Assembly (NCBI GenBank): GCA_964250925.1
Contig: CAXUHU010000003.1
Coordinates: 25,327-89,326, forward strand
Origin: an uncultured Acetobacteraceae bacterium
GTDB taxonomy: Bacteria > Pseudomonadota > Alphaproteobacteria > Acetobacterales > Acetobacteraceae
Direction: 5' to 3'
DNA length: 64,000 bases
Shown here piece after piece: positions 61,251 to 64,000 of this stretch. The translations under genes were made by a program, and so were the position numbers. The notes under the pieces were generated by a model. The model did no database searches, had not been told where the DNA came from, and was given only the letters and a program-made list of their open reading frames with translations. Position 1 is the first letter of the stretch. Every line of letters starts with the position of its first letter.

Positions 61251-62195
61251 ATGATCGTGACAGTTGGACGTGGCCGGCGTGCGGGCGCCGTTCTGATCGT
61301 CGCGGCACTGGTCGCCGTTGCCTGCGACCGGGTGCCTTGGGCCCGTCAGCCTGCCCCGCCACCGCCGCCAGCGGCCGCACCAATGGCCGCGGCGCCGCCC
61401 GAGGCAGCCGCGAAGGCCTGGTTCACGCCGTCGCCCCAGCAGCAGCCGGGGATGCACCTGGCCTACACGCACGCCGTCGAGTTGCAGGTCGGCGGCGGTG
61501 CCCTGCGTGCCCATTTCACCGCCGCACGCGACCGGTGCCTGAACAGCCCGGCCCTGCACTGCCTGATGCTGCATGCCTCCATCGCCAGGCCGCAGACCTA
61601 CGACGGCAGGCCGGCGACCGAGGCGGCCAGCCTTCAGGTCCGCCTGCCGCACGATCAGGTTACCCCGTTCGCCAGCGCGCTGACCGACGCTCTGCCGGGC
61701 GAGAAGGCCGGCCTGGTGCGCGTGCTGAGCCAATCGACCGATGCCGAGGACCTGAGCCGGCCAGTCGCAGACGTGGCGCAGCGCACGACCCAGCTGTCGG
61801 ACTACCTGGCAAGCCTGAAGGCGCTGGGTGGCCGGCTGACGATCAGCGTGAGCGACCTCGTGAAGATCGCCGGGGAGACCGCGCAGGCGCAGTCGCAGAT
61901 CGAGGCCGCCCAGGCCGAACAGCGTGACTTGTCGCTGCGGGTGGATACCGAGTCGCTGAACGTGAGCTTTGCCGAGCCTGCTCCACCCGTCGTGGTCCAG
62001 GACCCGATCGATCAGACGTGGTCGCAAGCCACAGACATCCTGCGGACCAACGCTGCCGCGGTTCTGCAAGTCAGCATCGCGGTGTTGCCCTGGCTTCCGC
62101 TGGCGCTGCTTGGGCTGCTGCTGTTGCCGCTGCTTCGCAGGTTGATCTTCGGCCGCCGGCCGCGCGCGGCGCCGGAGGTGCGAGTGGTTTCTTAA
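61251..62195 (+). CDS. DUF4349 family lipoprotein
   Basis: Lipobox VAC, STDAEDLS...coiled coil, C-terminal TM. Confidence 0.75.
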   Translation: MIVTVGRGRRAGAVLIVAALVAVACDRVPWARQPAPPPPPAAAPMAAAPPEAAAKAWFTPSPQQQPGMHLAYTHAVELQVGGGALRAHFTAARDRCLNSPALHCLMLHASIARPQTYDGRPATEAASLQVRLPHDQVTPFASALTDALPGEKAGLVRVLSQSTDAEDLSRPVADVAQRTTQLSDYLASLKALGGRLTISVSDLVKIAGETAQAQSQIEAAQAEQRDLSLRVDTESLNVSFAEPAPPVVVQDPIDQTWSQATDILRTNAAAVLQVSIAVLPWLPLALLGLLLLPLLRRLIFGRRPRAAPEVRVVS

Positions 62196-62254
62196 CTTGC
62201 CCTCGTAACGCCATAATGTGCCATAAGAATTGACCACCATCCGAGAGGTGTCCC

Positions 62255-63061
62255 ATGCGCATCCAAGCCCGGCTGCTCGCCTTGGCCAGCCTGCTCTGCC
62301 TGCCGGTCGCCGCCCATGCCGTAACGCCGCAGGGCCAGCAGGAACTGGTCGATCGCGCCACGCTGGCCGCACAGGAGGTGCTGGACGACCGCGAGGGCCA
62401 CGACGCACGCGCGCTGTTGCCGCAGGCGCGCGCGGTGATGATCTGCCCGCGCGTCTTCCATGCCGGCTTCATCTTCGGCGGCGAAGGCGGCGGCTGCGTG
62501 CTGCTGGCCCGCGGCGGCCAGGGTACCTGGTCGTCCCCCGCCTTCTACAGCGTGGGCGGCGGCAGCTTCGGCCTGCAGGCCGGCATCCAGGATGCCGAGG
62601 TGATGATGATGATCCTGACCGAAAACGGCCTGCGCTCCGTGATGGACAGCCAGTTCCGCCTCGGCGGCACCGCGTCGGTCGCGCTCGTCACCATCGGCGG
62701 CGGGGTCGAGGGTGCCACGACGACGAATCTGAACGCCGACATCGTGGCGTTCGAACGCACGCGCGGCCTGTTCGCCGGAGTCTCGATCCAGGGCAGCGTC
62801 ATGTCGTCCGACAGCGGCGGCGACCAGGCTTATTACGGCCAGCCGGTTGGGCCGGTCGACATCGTCATGGCGATGCGGGTGAACAATCCGGCCGCAGACC
62901 CGTTGCGCGCCGTGCTGATGCGGGGCGGCGCGCCGGCGCAGCCCTCGTTGCCGCCGCCGGTGGCCAATGGCGGCTACTACCAGCAGCAAAGCGAGCCGCC
63001 GGTGGGATACGCCGCCCCGCAGGGCGCAATCCAGCAGCAGAACCTGCCGCCGCCGCGATAG
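62255..63061 (+). CDS. Ysc84/SYLF lipid-binding domain protein
   Basis: AGFIFGGEGGG, SFGLQAG, RGLFAGVS. Confidence 0.88.
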   Translation: MRIQARLLALASLLCLPVAAHAVTPQGQQELVDRATLAAQEVLDDREGHDARALLPQARAVMICPRVFHAGFIFGGEGGGCVLLARGGQGTWSSPAFYSVGGGSFGLQAGIQDAEVMMMILTENGLRSVMDSQFRLGGTASVALVTIGGGVEGATTTNLNADIVAFERTRGLFAGVSIQGSVMSSDSGGDQAYYGQPVGPVDIVMAMRVNNPAADPLRAVLMRGGAPAQPSLPPPVANGGYYQQQSEPPVGYAAPQGAIQQQNLPPPR

Positions 63062-63154
63062 GAGCTCTCCTGGCGACGAGCAGCCTGTTGGGTTTGCGTG
63101 GGTGGGTTGGCTACGATGCCGCTTAATGAGCGCCGACCACCGTCGCGGTTGGCT

Positions 63155-63250
63155 TAGAGCACCATCGCGTCAAGCTGACCTTCAACCGCGACGAACATGC
63201 TCGACGAAATAAGAAACTAGAGCACGACAGCTTCAGCTGCCGTGCTCTAG
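63155..63250. repeat. TAGAGC-type double-hairpin (BIME/RIME-like) repeat
   Basis: TAGAGCA...TGCTC hairpin, then near-perfect CTAGAGCACGACAGCT-TC-AGCTGCCGTGCTCTAG (63217-63250). Confidence 0.65.
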
Positions 63251-64000
63251 CGGCTTTCTACGCTTGGCAAACGGTTGAAGAAGTCTTGCTCGTAGGCTCT
63301 GTCCGGAGCCGACCGAACGGCTTCGTCCAACGCATACGCGTCTGGTCCGACTAGGATGCGCCATTGGCCATCCCGAACGCCATTGAGGATTATCTCGGCG
63401 GCTTGTTCGGGTGTGAGCCCTTTGTCTCGGAAAGCCTCGGCGCGTTGCAGCACCTCCGGGGGCATCTCCACGCTGTCATCCTGGGCGAACTCCGCGATCG
63501 TGTTATGGACTATCGACGTGCCGACGTGGCCAGGCATGACAAGACTGATTGCGACGTGAGGAGCATGGACACGTAGATCGCCAATGAGAGCCTCGGTGAA
63601 GCCCTTCACGGCAAACTTGGCCGCGCTGTAGGCTGTGTGCGCCGTTTCGGGTCCGAGAGAAGCCCAGAACCCGTTGACTGAACTCACGTTGATAAGGTGC
63701 GCTTCCGGCGCGCGCATCAAGCTGGCAAGGAAGACACGTGTGGTGCGATAGACGCCGCCCCAGCAAACGTCAAAGGTTCGCTCCCACTCCTGTCGTGGAC
63801 CGGCGACGAAGCTTCCGCCGCCACCAAGCCCGGCGTTGTTGAAAAGTAGATGCACGTGATCCGTCTGATGCCGCCTTTCCGTGTCGGTCCGGAACTCTAT
63901 CATCCGCTTCTCGTCAGCGACGTCGGCCAGGAACGTCGTTACCGTCACGCCATCACGAGATTCTGCCAACGCCAGACCACGCGTCTCTTCGAGAGTAGCC
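63247..64000 (-). CDS. SDR family oxidoreductase (5' end outside window)
   Basis: FNNAG, NVSSVNG, YSAAK; frame stays open to the window edge. Confidence 0.88.
   Translation of the reverse strand, partial: ATLEETRGLALAESRDGVTVTTFLADVADEKRMIEFRTDTERRHQTDHVHLLFNNAGLGGGGSFVAGPRQEWERTFDVCWGGVYRTTRVFLASLMRAPEAHLINVSSVNGFWASLGPETAHTAYSAAKFAVKGFTEALIGDLRVHAPHVAISLVMPGHVGTSIVHNTIAEFAQDDSVEMPPEVLQRAEAFRDKGLTPEQAAEIILNGVRDGQWRILVGPDAYALDEAVRSAPDRAYEQDFFNRLPSVESR

Overview
GC-rich alphaproteobacterial chromosome segment. Gene order and proteins suggest Acetobacteraceae or a relative (inference). The backbone is housekeeping genes: glmU-glmS, aroA-cmk-rpsA-sppA-ihfB-lapA-trpF, a pentose-phosphate cluster (tkt, tal-pgi fusion, gnd, zwf, two Cof/HAD genes, pgl), an RND pump, cbpA/cbpM, cvpA-purF and yfgM-bamB-der. 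The main hidden structure is a complete ~10.05 kb Tn7-like element (4349-14396) at the glmS attTn7 site. It has TGTTCCGGAC inverted ends, arrays of TnsB-type binding repeats and a perfect 5-bp ACTTC target duplication, but no recognisable tns genes. It is therefore a natural non-autonomous mini-Tn7 carrying redox/detox cargo and several deletion scars. Other notable features: (1) a copper operon led by a DUF2946-like ORF with RAPP and RGPP arrest-peptide motifs; (2) a translationally coupled three-gene operon pairing a papain-like protease with a stand-alone Csm2/Cas11-like protein, with no CRISPR array in the window; (3) a DTS-motif rhodopsin with its blh gene; (4) a short LOV photoreceptor; (5) three families of intergenic palindromic repeats. 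No rRNA, tRNA or CRISPR array was seen. All family assignments come from motif recognition, not database searches.
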